Virus record (IMG/VR): IMGVR_UViG_3300005264_000022 | Location: 4,791 to 68,790 of that record | DNA: 64,000 nt | Source of the DNA: a virus | Strand: one strand, 5' to 3' | Shown here: positions 29,361-39,723 of the stretch, piece after piece | How positions within the stretch are numbered: position 1 is the first letter of the stretch | How the letters are laid out: the number at the start of each line of letters is the position of its first letter | Made by a program: the position numbers and the translations under genes | The notes under the pieces: model-generated | Seen by the model: the letters and a program-made list of their open reading frames with translations, nothing else | Databases searched by the model: none | What the model was told of the DNA's origin: nothing

Positions 29361-29975
29361 TTAGTTGCTCTCTATTAACACTATATCAAAATCTATACCA
29401 TATACCTCTTCATATACATCTTTATGGTAAGAATTAACTTCTCCATAATTTGCGTCAAATATTTTTCTAATATCATACCCATTCTCGATTGAATATTTTT
29501 TTAGCGGCCTCCATGATATAGGTAGTCCATGCTCTATCATAACTCTTTTCACAGAATACCAATCTTTATTTATATCCAATTGGATCTCAATTCTATTCTT
29601 TTCCTCTTCAACTCTATCTAATTCTTCAATTAATCTAACTTGCTCTTTTGCAATCTCCAATCTAGTCATTGGTTTGTTATACTTCTTTTCTACTTCTATA
29701 AAATATTTTCTAGCCACTTTTCCTTTTTCATTTCTAGCTAACATTGATAATTCTTTTGCCATGTCAATCTCGATAACGTAATCGCTTGTCCTATTCCCGT
29801 TCGACATGATGTCGAGCTTAATATAATCAACACCTTCGTCGAAAAACTCATCTTCGACTATATTTTTCTTACTCCATCTAGCCCATTGACTTTTATCATG
29901 TCCTAAGAAATTATACAGTTCTCTAGCCGACACTAACTTTTTTCCATCAATATCTTCTACTTTTATTAATTCCAA
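29361..29975 (-). CDS. AntA/AntB-family antirepressor
   Basis: VSARELYNFL...MAKELSML...GK.ARKYFIEVEK. Confidence 0.9.
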   Translation of the reverse strand: MELIKVEDIDGKKLVSARELYNFLGHDKSQWARWSKKNIVEDEFFDEGVDYIKLDIMSNGNRTSDYVIEIDMAKELSMLARNEKGKVARKYFIEVEKKYNKPMTRLEIAKEQVRLIEELDRVEEEKNRIEIQLDINKDWYSVKRVMIEHGLPISWRPLKKYSIENGYDIRKIFDANYGEVNSYHKDVYEEVYGIDFDIVLIESN

Positions 29976-30050
29976 TTTTAACCTCCCTCTTTTATTAGTC
30001 TTACATTTGAGGATTGGACATTAATTCCAACCCTCCATATCTAATACTAA

Positions 30051-31277
30051 TTATTTAAGAAATTGTGACATATCCATTCCTAAGTTTGGTGGTGTAGGTG
30101 TTTGTGGCGGCATATTCGGTGTAACTGGTGCAGTTGGAATACCTACCATATTTTGTGCTTGTTCCATAGTTACAGTCTTAGGTACATCTGCTTTAGAACC
30201 AAATATATCTATTGGTTGTACATCATCTATTGTTACCCCGCCAACGAACATTGGCTCAATTAGATAATGCTTGGTAGTCTTCGGTCTAATACCTCTAATC
30301 TTTTTAATCTCATCTATTGAATATCTAATAGGATCAACTTGATGTAATACTTTTTCTTGAGTAGTTAATGAATTTATATTCAAATCTCCACCAACCTCTT
30401 CTCCTTTAACCCTACATACAAACTCAGTTGTATAATACTTCATAGGTTGTAATTCGTCACCTGTTGGAGTAGAATTAATCATACTTTCTATCATTGAATA
30501 TATTTGTGGTGAATTTACTATATCCATATTTAATCCAAATACATCTTTAGTCTTAACAATTCTATTTACATATGTATTATCTTCTAATCTTTGTTGAACT
30601 GGAACAAATATATTAAATGGAATTTTCTTCATAGCTTGTGTTTCAAATTTATCATATGGAATGAAATCCGCAGAGTTCTTAATGAAATGCGTCTCAATTC
30701 TTAACTCTAACTTTTCGTCTTCATTTTCATATGATGGTCTGATGTATGATGGGGTAAAGTTCATTCCAACACCCTTCTTTCCACTATAGTAATTCACACT
30801 TCCATTTACTGTGAACTTTTGACCTTTTAGCAATGCCATATTTTCCATAATTGTTTTTAAGTAATGTGAATCTGCTAATGTTTCAATAACTTCTTTTCCA
30901 TCTAATGAAATCTTTCTTTTTAAGAAATCCATACATCCTTCTAATGTTTTAGGATCTGATGCCATGGATTCATCTAACCTAGAAGTCGCAGTATCGTTTT
31001 TACCTTTATATGATATAGTCGCTTTCTTATCTACACTAGCATATGATCTAATCTTTAAATATTCTCTAGTTCCATCTGCCTCAACAAACATATTTAATAT
31101 TGTCTCTGTTCTATTTGGAACTCCATCTTTCATTGTAATTACTTGTTTTATATGACCATAATCAATAATCTTTTGCGTATTCCCAAAATACTCACCCATT
31201 GTTTCCTTTGGCTCTGGCAACGTATCATTAAATCCTATCTTTCCTACAAAACTAAATTTCGAATATAACTTCTTCAT
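30051..31277 (-). CDS. Probable ssDNA-binding/replication protein
   Basis: KFSFVGKI N-terminus and low-complexity Pro-rich tail; lies next to the AAA_24 and exonuclease genes. Confidence 0.5.
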   Translation of the reverse strand: MKKLYSKFSFVGKIGFNDTLPEPKETMGEYFGNTQKIIDYGHIKQVITMKDGVPNRTETILNMFVEADGTREYLKIRSYASVDKKATISYKGKNDTATSRLDESMASDPKTLEGCMDFLKRKISLDGKEVIETLADSHYLKTIMENMALLKGQKFTVNGSVNYYSGKKGVGMNFTPSYIRPSYENEDEKLELRIETHFIKNSADFIPYDKFETQAMKKIPFNIFVPVQQRLEDNTYVNRIVKTKDVFGLNMDIVNSPQIYSMIESMINSTPTGDELQPMKYYTTEFVCRVKGEEVGGDLNINSLTTQEKVLHQVDPIRYSIDEIKKIRGIRPKTTKHYLIEPMFVGGVTIDDVQPIDIFGSKADVPKTVTMEQAQNMVGIPTAPVTPNMPPQTPTPPNLGMDMSQFLK

Positions 31278-31321
31278 TTGTACCTCCGTTTATTTTTATT
31301 GATCTCTTATTGAACAAAATT

Positions 31322-31350
31322 ATTATAACACACTCTAAATTATAAGTCAA
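31322..31350 (-). promoter_or_regulatory. Sigma70-type promoter
   Basis: TTGACT-N17-TATAAT. Confidence 0.7.
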
Positions 31351-31359
31351 TACTTTTTG

Positions 31360-31662
31360 CTAACTATTTTCTTCCTCTATATCTAATACAATACATATAC
31401 CGTTATCTAATTCTTTTAACGCATTTTCCCAAATTTCTTTATTAGTTTTCATTTGGGTTAATTCTAAACTTAATATCATAACTCTATCTTTATAGCCAAA
31501 ATCTTTGCAAAATTGAATACAAGCAGTGTGATCTATAATTGTCTTCTCTAATGTGACTATACCATTAACACATTCATCAATACCATCTTCTAATTCTTTT
31601 ATAACCTTACTCCTATACTTACGAGAATATCTTATTAGTATAGCTCCTATGAGTTTATTCAT
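31360..31662 (-). CDS. Hypothetical protein
   Basis: ORF track. Confidence 0.5.
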   Translation of the reverse strand: MNKLIGAILIRYSRKYRSKVIKELEDGIDECVNGIVTLEKTIIDHTACIQFCKDFGYKDRVMILSLELTQMKTNKEIWENALKELDNGICIVLDIEEENS

Positions 31663-32966
31663 ATAGAACCTAGCATCAATTTGCTTTTCTCAACAAACGA
31701 ATTTATATGTTGTTTATAATATTTGCAATTATCACCATGATTACAGAGATTTGAGCAAAAAAAGACGTCCTCTGCTATATCTTTAGGTTGATACATCACT
31801 TCGGGTTGTCCTAGCTTATTTTCAATCATCCCAACTGTCTCTATAATATAATTTTCCATTTCTACCATAATTTCATCTGTTAATTCATATCTTTCATAAT
31901 ATGGCAATATATCAAATCCCAAAGCTCTTAGCTCTTGTTTAAGCTCGTCTGATACCTTAGACCATAGATTATGAGACTTAAACTCTTCTATAACCTCTGT
32001 GTCTACGTTAGCCCACTTTAAATGTCTTTCTAACTTACTAGCCACATCTTTTCTCTCATAAATAATACTCTTAGATTCTTTCTCATATCCAAATTTATCA
32101 CATATCTCATCTTTATATTCTAATCCTATTTTAGCTAAGTCTACTTTTTTTAATCCTTTGAATATACCTATATCTATTCCACAGTCGTTAATATAAAATT
32201 CCTTCATATCTTTAACTGATAGTTTAGAGAAGTCCCTATGCCAACTAGATGGTATCAAACACTCACAATATTTCATCATATTCCATTGTACATATTTAAC
32301 CTCTAGCCCTGTCAATCTCTTATACATATGAGCATAAACTGCTAACTGTCTCCCATACTTTAACAAGTCTTTTGGCTTAAATTTAGTAGATGATTTATGA
32401 TCTGATATTATAGCATATGACTTACCATTTTCATCTTTACAACAATATAATTCATCTATAAATCCTTGCATAAATATACTATTGTTCATTCCAAATGTAC
32501 CACACACAAACATCTCTGTAATAGGTTTGCCTATAGGTGGAATTTCATATTCTTGAAAAAACAATCTCAAGTTCTCAATATATCCAACCTCTATTTTATC
32601 AGATGGGAATTTCATACCTACTAATTTAGCTTTGGCATATGTCTTTTCAAATATTGGCAACATTTCTTCTTTTTTTATTTTGCCATTAGTGTAGTCCTCT
32701 AGCACGTCGTGACCTATTGATCCGAGTGTGGAGTAAATATTATCCTTACCACGATTCCATTTTATATAAGATTCGTAATATCCATATTGACATTCTAAGA
32801 AACTACCTAGCCTTGAATATGAATACACTACCTTGCCTAATTCTTTTGCTCTCTTTTTAAACTCAACTTCCAACTCACTCCTAACCCTTTTCTTTACCTC
32901 TTCTGCCTTTACAGGTGTTGTTGGTACAGTTATTGAAGGGATGGGAGGTATATTAATATTATTCAT
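31659..32966 (-). CDS. PD-(D/E)xK Cas4/RecB-like exonuclease
   Basis: SYSRL...C, G...H, E, GFID, DHKSS, QLAVY and a C-terminal Cys cluster. Confidence 0.88.
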   Translation of the reverse strand: MNNINIPPIPSITVPTTPVKAEEVKKRVRSELEVEFKKRAKELGKVVYSYSRLGSFLECQYGYYESYIKWNRGKDNIYSTLGSIGHDVLEDYTNGKIKKEEMLPIFEKTYAKAKLVGMKFPSDKIEVGYIENLRLFFQEYEIPPIGKPITEMFVCGTFGMNNSIFMQGFIDELYCCKDENGKSYAIISDHKSSTKFKPKDLLKYGRQLAVYAHMYKRLTGLEVKYVQWNMMKYCECLIPSSWHRDFSKLSVKDMKEFYINDCGIDIGIFKGLKKVDLAKIGLEYKDEICDKFGYEKESKSIIYERKDVASKLERHLKWANVDTEVIEEFKSHNLWSKVSDELKQELRALGFDILPYYERYELTDEIMVEMENYIIETVGMIENKLGQPEVMYQPKDIAEDVFFCSNLCNHGDNCKYYKQHINSFVEKSKLMLGSI

Positions 32967-32989
32967 TTTACCTCCTTGCTTAAATTTTT

Positions 32990-33277
32990 TTACAACTCCA
33001 TATCATCACATACAACAATTCTTCTATTATCTTCAATTAATTCACCTTGAAGATAAATATCAATTCCGATATCACCAACACCATACTCAGTCTTATTAAA
33101 GTACAATTCGCAATATAAATAACTCGGTAGTTCGTTGTTTATCATACAGGAAGTCTGTTTTAATATTTCATCGGTAGCGACCTCGTTTCTATTTATTCCT
33201 GTGTGTTTTTTAATAGCTTTAAATAGTGAATTATATTCATTTCTACTTGCGTAAAACATTCCATCTATTTTTTCCAT
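32990..33277 (-). CDS. Hypothetical protein
   Basis: ORF with GGAGG RBS. Confidence 0.55.
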   Translation of the reverse strand: MEKIDGMFYASRNEYNSLFKAIKKHTGINRNEVATDEILKQTSCMINNELPSYLYCELYFNKTEYGVGDIGIDIYLQGELIEDNRRIVVCDDMEL

Positions 33278-33297
33278 TCTACCTCCTTTACATTTTC

Positions 33298-33513
33298 TTA
33301 TTTTTTAGCTTTTCTTTTTTTTAAAATAGCTATTCTTTTTTTTAATGAATTAGTTTCTTCTATTGAATATTCAAAAAAATTATCTATATTATTAGGGTCA
33401 TTAGCACATTCTTTACAAATAAAAACTTTAAATCCTGTTGAGCAATCTGTAATGCTTGATTTTTTATTTGAATACCATGTTTTTCTACAATCGTCACATA
33501 TTGAATTATCCAT
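33298..33513 (-). CDS. Small Zn-ribbon protein
   Basis: CDDC...CKEC. Confidence 0.55.
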   Translation of the reverse strand: MDNSICDDCRKTWYSNKKSSITDCSTGFKVFICKECANDPNNIDNFFEYSIEETNSLKKRIAILKKRKAKK

Positions 33514-33546
33514 CTTTTATCCTCCTACAAAACAAATAACAAATTG

Positions 33547-34536
33547 TTACACTATAGCTCCAACCTCATAATTATAATTTGGATCTGCTTTCATCTTTTT
33601 AATTCTATCACTCTCAACTTGATTTTCATATGCTTCATCCTCGGTCATATTTCTAAAGAAATTAACAGAATTATATATCATCATATCTAATCTAACATTA
33701 TCAATTTCAATTATATGACCTTCAGTATTTAGCACTGCGGTTCTACCTTTTTCTGTTATCCTAGTAGGCAAATCCTTCTCTTTATTGTTAGGCACTTTAA
33801 TTCCAACAGCATTCATCTCTTCTTTTATTGTATCAAACTTAGGTGCAGTATTATCTAATACAGGTTGCACTGGTGTACTCATTATACTATCTATTACAGG
33901 AGAACTTTCATAATTATCTTCTTGCTTATCTCTATTTGGCATGATTCGATTTAATATAAAATCTCTATTTCCCGAATGATTAGGATTATATATTCCTTCT
34001 TCTAATCCTTCATCATCTACAACCGTCTCAGTAGCTTGTACAGGCTCTTGAACTACTTCTTGAGTTAATACAGGCTTAACTTCTTCAGCTACCTTAATTT
34101 CCGCAACAGTAGGTTCTAGCTCTACTTTATAACTAGCCTTAGTTTCTTTTTTCTCTTTTAGTAGTTTGTCCATATCTAATGTTTTCAATATGTCAATAAT
34201 CTTTTTATCTAAATCTACTAAGAATTTCTCATATACATCGTCACCAACTGCTTTGATTTGAGCTTTGATTTCTTCTAACTTTTTTGTATTTCCATCTTGT
34301 AACGATCTAAAGTATGATACCATCAATGCCTCCTTGTTTTTAATTACTTTCTCTAGTGCATTGGATTTACTTAAACATTCATCATCAATTAAATCTTGAA
34401 CATCTCCAACCTCTAAACCTGCTCTAGGTTTTTCTTGTGATACCTCTTCATACACCTCTACTGATTTTTCCTTTACCATATAAAGCAAATCTGCATCAAG
34501 TTGATCTTTTACTTCCATTGTTGTTTTATCTCTCAT
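33547..34536 (-). CDS. Acidic hypothetical protein
   Basis: 329-aa ORF with GGAGG RBS. Confidence 0.6.
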   Translation of the reverse strand: MRDKTTMEVKDQLDADLLYMVKEKSVEVYEEVSQEKPRAGLEVGDVQDLIDDECLSKSNALEKVIKNKEALMVSYFRSLQDGNTKKLEEIKAQIKAVGDDVYEKFLVDLDKKIIDILKTLDMDKLLKEKKETKASYKVELEPTVAEIKVAEEVKPVLTQEVVQEPVQATETVVDDEGLEEGIYNPNHSGNRDFILNRIMPNRDKQEDNYESSPVIDSIMSTPVQPVLDNTAPKFDTIKEEMNAVGIKVPNNKEKDLPTRITEKGRTAVLNTEGHIIEIDNVRLDMMIYNSVNFFRNMTEDEAYENQVESDRIKKMKADPNYNYEVGAIV

Positions 34537-34602
34537 TTTATCCCTCCATATTAATTAATTTATATAGGAAGAGAAAATTAATCCTCTCCTAATACAAAGC
34601 AA

Positions 34603-34791
34603 CTAAATCTTCAACTTAGATCCCTTCTTGAATCTTACAACTTCTTTCTGTGGTGTTATAACTTCTTTGCCATTTACCACCGATCTTCTTTCTCCTTGCA
34701 TTGCCTTATAAAACTTCCCAAATCCAGAGAATCCAACCTCTCCTTCTTTAGCTACCTCTACATATCTTACTACAAACTCTTTCTTGTTCAA
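34603..34791 (-). CDS. HU/IHF-family DNA-binding protein, internally shortened
   Basis: MNKKEF...GFGKF...R...NG.E..TP...VRFK.GS.LK; the second helix appears absent. Confidence 0.75.
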   Translation of the reverse strand: MNKKEFVVRYVEVAKEGEVGFSGFGKFYKAMQGERRSVVNGKEVITPQKEVVRFKKGSKLKI

Positions 34792-34825
34792 ACCTTTTCC
34801 TCCTTTTATTTTATGTGTTGAGTGT

Positions 34826-34854
34826 ATTATAGCACACTCATAAGCTTATGTCAA
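34826..34854 (-). promoter_or_regulatory. Sigma70 consensus promoter
   Basis: TTGACA-N17-TATAAT. Confidence 0.8.
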
Positions 34855-35198
34855 CACAATTCTCCTAAATATATAAATTCTTTTTCATTAGCTATGCAAA
34901 ACTCCTCTAGTAATCCTACTAATATATTCCTATGACAGAATTTACCTAGATCACAATAACAAGCCAATGACACCACATCCTCGCTACACAACTCTAGCCA
35001 TGCAGATTTATTATCTATCATACTCTTTCTCATTCTATTAATGTATAGCTCTGTAAATTCTTCCTCTGTTATCTTATTCATTTTCTTATTCCATACCATT
35101 TGCCAACTAGGGGAGAATATTGGATTTCCAGTTTTGATTGTGACATCTTTATATCCATTAGCTTTATAGTTAGAAATGTGGATAGTGTAGGCTAACAC
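34851..35198 (-). CDS. DUF488-like protein
   Basis: FSPSW...F...Y...LACYC....FCHR.IL. Confidence 0.75.
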   Translation of the reverse strand: MLAYTIHISNYKANGYKDVTIKTGNPIFSPSWQMVWNKKMNKITEEEFTELYINRMRKSMIDNKSAWLELCSEDVVSLACYCDLGKFCHRNILVGLLEEFCIANEKEFIYLGELC

Positions 35199-35950
35199 TC
35201 CTTATCCATATTAGCTTTTACACCCTTACTCTCTAATAAATTATGTATCATAATTCTACCCTTCTGTCTCCACTTTGTATTTAACTTAGTTCTAATATTC
35301 CCATAGCCATCATCATATTCTACTGTTTCAGATTTAGTATAGCCTTTTGATAAGTGTTGAGAATATAATAACCATTGACCACTTTGCTTATATTGCACTT
35401 TCTCTTCATGTAGTATCTTATTTAAAGATTGACCGCTTATATCATAATCCTTTGCAATCTGAGTGACCGTCAACAAGTCATCTGATCTTAATATACTATC
35501 ATAATACTCTACCTTTGGCTCATACTCAGTTATTAACATTTCTTGCTCTTTAGTTTTATACTCTAGTTCCATGACTATTTTTTGCTCTTTTATCCAAGCC
35601 TCTGCTCTAGCAATAGGATCTACTATTTGGTAACTAGGTAATGCAATATTGTTTTCTAATTCTCTGCAATACTTAATTAGTTTCATTCTATGAGTTGCAG
35701 AATACCCTGTTATAATAAGCATTAATCCATCTTTTGATAGTGTATAATTTTTTACCCTCTTATTCTGCTTTGATAAGAATGTGGACTCTGAAATGTCACT
35801 ATCCACTTTTGGATGCTCCTCTAAACCCCTTATTTCTATTAGTATTTTTTCAATGTCTCTTTTTACATGCCCATGTTCTTTTCCTGTTAATTCCGCTATC
35901 ATATTACTTGTTATTTTATCATCTTCTATTTCCATTTTAATTAATTCCAT
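35192..35950 (-). CDS. Rha-like plus KilAC antirepressor
   Basis: S..IAELTGKEH.HV.RDI; PKVEYYD, TQIAKDY, QWLLY and TKW.QKGR. Confidence 0.9.
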   Translation of the reverse strand: MELIKMEIEDDKITSNMIAELTGKEHGHVKRDIEKILIEIRGLEEHPKVDSDISESTFLSKQNKRVKNYTLSKDGLMLIITGYSATHRMKLIKYCRELENNIALPSYQIVDPIARAEAWIKEQKIVMELEYKTKEQEMLITEYEPKVEYYDSILRSDDLLTVTQIAKDYDISGQSLNKILHEEKVQYKQSGQWLLYSQHLSKGYTKSETVEYDDGYGNIRTKLNTKWRQKGRIMIHNLLESKGVKANMDKEC

Positions 35951-36128
35951 TCAACTCCTCCTTATATAATAAATCTTCGTTTAATTCCCACAATGGACAC
36001 ATCGGCAAAATAAAATCCTCTACCCTTTCTCTATTGTTAGTTGCACAATACATAGCTCTAATTTCATTTAATCTTGTATGCTTGCAAGTTGCACAAGCCT
36101 CTGTTAGTTCATATTCGCCTATTTTCAT
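35937..36128 (-). CDS. Small Cys-containing protein
   Basis: CATC.H...C...CP.W. Confidence 0.5.
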   Translation of the reverse strand: MKIGEYELTEACATCKHTRLNEIRAMYCATNNRERVEDFILPMCPLWELNEDLLYKEELNGIN

Positions 36129-37029
36129 TTGATTCCCCTGTTAGTTTTTTAAATTTAAATACATAGTTATATTTTTCTTTTGTTTTTTTTGAAGCTTTCT
36201 GTTTTTCTATTTCTACATCTAATATATTCCTATCTTTTAAATCCTGTATAGCTTTATTTAATACTCCTATTCCAAATGTTCCCATATTTTTATAATTTAC
36301 ACCAAAAAAATCTTTTATATATTCATAACCAATAGGATAAGTTTTTGATTTCCCTTTCCATATACTATATAATTCATATATTCTAACTTGATGTTTTGTT
36401 AAATTAAACTGTTTTCCATATATGTTACAATCAAAGAATATAGATTTACCATCTTTTTCTCCATTTGTAACAATATTATTAAATTCATTTTTGTTTATAG
36501 TAATCTTAAACACATTTAAAAATATTTCTTTTGCATCAAGTATTAATGTATCTTTTAACCATATTTTTGTCAATAATGAAACAACACTTCTTTTTACAAT
36601 ATTATCCGTTCCTCCATGTCTATCGCCATATATATATTTATTTATTAAATCTATATCTATTAAAATATTATCACTATTTCCATAATTATAATATTCATTT
36701 ATTATATAAATTCCTACTTTTATCTCCGCTAAAGTAATATCACTATTTCTATTGACAATGCCTTCTTTAGAAAAAGGTATATCATTTTTTCTTATGCGTC
36801 TAATACTACCAAGCCCGTGAGCTTCTCTATGACATTTACTACATAAAGTCATTAAGTCGCTTATATTCTCATTCTCTAAGTTATCATAATTAAGGTGATG
36901 TATTTGCAGTCCCTTTTTCTTACCACACATTTCACATACTGGATTGTGTTGTAACTTTTCTTCACGTTTATTTTGCCAATGTTCTGATTTTAAATATACC
37001 TCTCTATACCATTTTTGTCTTTTAGTCAT
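36109..37029 (-). CDS. HNH domain fused to a Rep_3-like initiator paralogue
   Basis: N-terminal YLKSEHW, CEMC, IHHLNY, DL..LC..CH...H; the remainder aligns by eye with 37022-37855. Confidence 0.7.
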   Translation of the reverse strand: MTKRQKWYREVYLKSEHWQNKREEKLQHNPVCEMCGKKKGLQIHHLNYDNLENENISDLMTLCSKCHREAHGLGSIRRIRKNDIPFSKEGIVNRNSDITLAEIKVGIYIINEYYNYGNSDNILIDIDLINKYIYGDRHGGTDNIVKRSVVSLLTKIWLKDTLILDAKEIFLNVFKITINKNEFNNIVTNGEKDGKSIFFDCNIYGKQFNLTKHQVRIYELYSIWKGKSKTYPIGYEYIKDFFGVNYKNMGTFGIGVLNKAIQDLKDRNILDVEIEKQKASKKTKEKYNYVFKFKKLTGESNENRRI

Positions 37030-37855
37030 ATTTTATTTCTCCTTCTAATTTTTTAAATTTAAATATATAGTTGTACTTGCCACTTTTGTATCCAGTTGCT
37101 TTAACCTTTTCTATATTTATATCTAACATATTTCTTTCTTTTAAGTCCTGTATAGCTTTATTTAAAGCTCCAATTTTAAAAGCTCCCATATTCTTATAAT
37201 TTACATTAAAAAAATCTTTAATATAACTGTCATAACCTACTGCATAAGTTCTTGATTTACCTCTCCATAAATAATATAACTCATACAATCTAATTTGGTG
37301 TCTAGTTAAATTATATCTGCTTCCATATATCCATGGCGGAATAAATATAGTATTCCCATCTTTTTTTGCATTAATATTTAATATAATATTTTCAATTAAT
37401 GGAGCATCAACTAAAATATCTATATACTCTCTTTTATATTTATATTTTACTGTTTTAAAAACAAAAGCTCTACGTATTTCGATTTCTTCATTTTCATAAT
37501 ATTTAACCCAAGCTTCTCCAATTATTTTATCTACAGCTTCGTCTACATTATTGAAATTTCTTTTTTGATTTGGATTCGAGTGCATATACTCAAACATATC
37601 TTTTACACTACATCTTATTCCAAACAAAGATTGTACTTTTCCATTAAGCTCATGTTTTTGTTCTATCATATTATGAGTTTTTCCCTCAAATCTCAATTTT
37701 GTATTTTTATAATATTGATCTAAAACAAAAACGCCATACCTAACCTCCATAGGCTTTAATTTGTTATTTCTATTAACCACCGTTTTATTATTAAATGGTA
37801 GCGAATCATATTTCTCTTTTTTCATAAATCCCTCCTTAATTTGATATAAAATCAT
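37022..37855 (-). CDS. Rep_3/RepB-like plasmid replication initiator
   Basis: IRLYELY...YKN...FK...LNKAIQDL..N winged-helix pattern; adjacent to iteron-like repeats. Confidence 0.65.
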   Translation of the reverse strand: MILYQIKEGFMKKEKYDSLPFNNKTVVNRNNKLKPMEVRYGVFVLDQYYKNTKLRFEGKTHNMIEQKHELNGKVQSLFGIRCSVKDMFEYMHSNPNQKRNFNNVDEAVDKIIGEAWVKYYENEEIEIRRAFVFKTVKYKYKREYIDILVDAPLIENIILNINAKKDGNTIFIPPWIYGSRYNLTRHQIRLYELYYLWRGKSRTYAVGYDSYIKDFFNVNYKNMGAFKIGALNKAIQDLKERNMLDINIEKVKATGYKSGKYNYIFKFKKLEGEIKYD

Positions 37856-37874
37856 TATAACACAATCTTTTTTA

Positions 37875-38079
37875 AAAGTAAAGTATTTTTATCTTTTTTT
37901 ATCTTAAGTGAAAGTACCTTTACTTTAAAAAATACAAACACCTTTATCTTAAATGGGAATACCTTTACTTTCTTTTTGATTCAAAATTCAATATTTAATA
38001 CGTATACTTGCTCTTGTATCAATTCCAAAAATATATTAACATACTCTTTAACAAGTATTAACCTTTAACAAGTATTAAC
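37875..38079. repeat. Putative replication origin with iteron-like repeats
   Basis: TTTATCTTAARTGRRARTACCTTTACTTT at 37898 and 37943, an inverted partial copy at 37875, and tandem CTTTAACAAGTATTAAC x2 at 38046-38079. AT-rich; coding-strand switch point. Confidence 0.7.
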
Positions 38080-38238
38080 TATCGTTATTATATAGAAGAA
38101 TACACGTTTACACTTTGCATTAATCTATATAATAACTCTTTGTCGGATTTCACTAAAGTTCACCCAACCGAAAACCTCTTGAAAGTCAAAACCTCCTTTT
38201 GCTATATTTAAATTTTCTGATTGTGTATTAAAATATAT

Positions 38239-38270
38239 TTGACACTATTCTAAATCTATGATATTATTAT
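38239..38270 (+). promoter_or_regulatory. Rightward sigma70-type promoter
   Basis: TTGACA at 38239 with a TG-TATTAT-like -10 region. Confidence 0.55.
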
Positions 38271-38421
38271 TTCATAAAGCAGAATACAGATAGCCAATAA
38301 TTTACCGAGCTAGGAGTATTTGAAGTAAATAGTATATGAGAGTAGAAATAAGAGAGTTTATATGTAAAGGTATGCAATGATATAGGTAAGGTGGTTTGAA
38401 AGCCACTACGGTCACGAGAGA

Positions 38422-39156
38422 GTGCTTAGAATTGAAATGGGAGATGATTGGAATATGGATTTAGCAACAAAGATATTTGAAGGTAAAGAAATTAAATTTA
38501 GAAGAGATGATGGCGAGTTGTATATGAATGTTAATAGTATAGCAGATAAGTTTATGATTGATAATTGGAAAAGAAGTGCTAATACTATTAGATATATAAA
38601 AGCATTAGTTAGCTCCCTAGAATCTACGGAGTTTAATAAAGATAAAAGTCGTAAATTTAACAACTTGGACTTAACGCTTGATAATGTTGACCTAAATACA
38701 AACTACGTAAAATCTACGGAGTTTATAATCACACAAGAAGGTAGAAATGGTGGAACATGGATACATGAAAAATTAATACTAAGTTTTGCAAGATATATTT
38801 CAGTAGAATTTGAAATATGGGCAGATGAAGTTATTAAAAAAGTTATACAAGATGGGTATTATATTTCAGAGAAAATAAATATAGATCAAATCAATAAGCT
38901 AGAGCAAACACTAAATAATATGGAGATAGATTTAAATTTAGTTAAAACTTCATTATTTGTAGCTAGAGATCAAAGAGATGAGTTTGAAACTAAACTAAAT
39001 AAGACTAGTGAATATAAGGCGGATTATAATGTATTCAATAGAAAATTAGCTGAGAGAGATGAAACTATAAGAGAACAAAATAAAATGTTAGCTATAGCTA
39101 GGTGGGATATTCTAGTGTTAAAAGATGATATTTCAGTATTAAAGGAGGATAAATAG
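38422..39156 (+). CDS. KilA-N domain protein
   Basis: GRNGGTWIHEKLILSFARYISVEFEIWAD plus coiled coil. Confidence 0.9.
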   Translation: MLRIEMGDDWNMDLATKIFEGKEIKFRRDDGELYMNVNSIADKFMIDNWKRSANTIRYIKALVSSLESTEFNKDKSRKFNNLDLTLDNVDLNTNYVKSTEFIITQEGRNGGTWIHEKLILSFARYISVEFEIWADEVIKKVIQDGYYISEKINIDQINKLEQTLNNMEIDLNLVKTSLFVARDQRDEFETKLNKTSEYKADYNVFNRKLAERDETIREQNKMLAIARWDILVLKDDISVLKEDK

Positions 39157-39349
39157 TATGAAATTTAAAATAGACAAAGCATCAGATTGGAGTTATAAAG
39201 GCGAGGTGGAGATAAATACACTGGAGGAGCTTATTGATTTTGTAAAAAAAGAAGGTGACATTGTATTCACTGAGGAAAGTATTACTATTTACGATGACTA
39301 TTTGAAATAATATTATATCTATTTATAGCCACAAGCAAAGGAGGTATAC

Positions 39350-39628
39350 ATGACGAATAGAGATGAAAGATTGCTTAAAAATTTAGAAAGTTTTATTTTA
39401 GATGAGTCTGTGGGCTATTCAGAAAAATTAAATGCGGAGGATAAAATAAAAAATATATTGTTTAAAAATAGGAATAATACTAAAATTCAAATAGATTATA
39501 GTAAAAAAATAAATAAATTAGAGAAAGAGAGTTTTAATATGTTTATGGTAATAATTATATTAACATTCGTAGCTTGTGTTCCATTACTATTATTAGTATT
39601 AGATATGAATTATTATAGCCACAGGTAG
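39350..39628 (+). CDS. Small membrane-anchored protein
   Basis: C-terminal hydrophobic stretch; GGAGG RBS. Confidence 0.6.
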   Translation: MTNRDERLLKNLESFILDESVGYSEKLNAEDKIKNILFKNRNNTKIQIDYSKKINKLEKESFNMFMVIIILTFVACVPLLLLVLDMNYYSHR

Positions 39629-39723
39629 TCCTTAGCTCCTCATATGGAGCTTTGAGACTTAATTAGGTATTAGTTGTAGGGTAAGTGTATAGAATTGTAT
39701 AGTGATGATGTGAGGAGGCAATA

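Noticed and set aside
569-36737. Many + strand ORFs in the left arm (e.g. 1087-1410, 11611-11982, 25254-25619)
   Set aside because: Antisense shadows of motif-bearing - strand genes; Ser/Leu/Ile/Phe-rich with no evident RBS.
31659-38079. CRISPR system (Cas4-like gene and short repeats)
   Set aside because: No repeat-spacer array; the repeats are 2-copy iteron-like, and Cas4-like exonucleases are common phage recombination genes.
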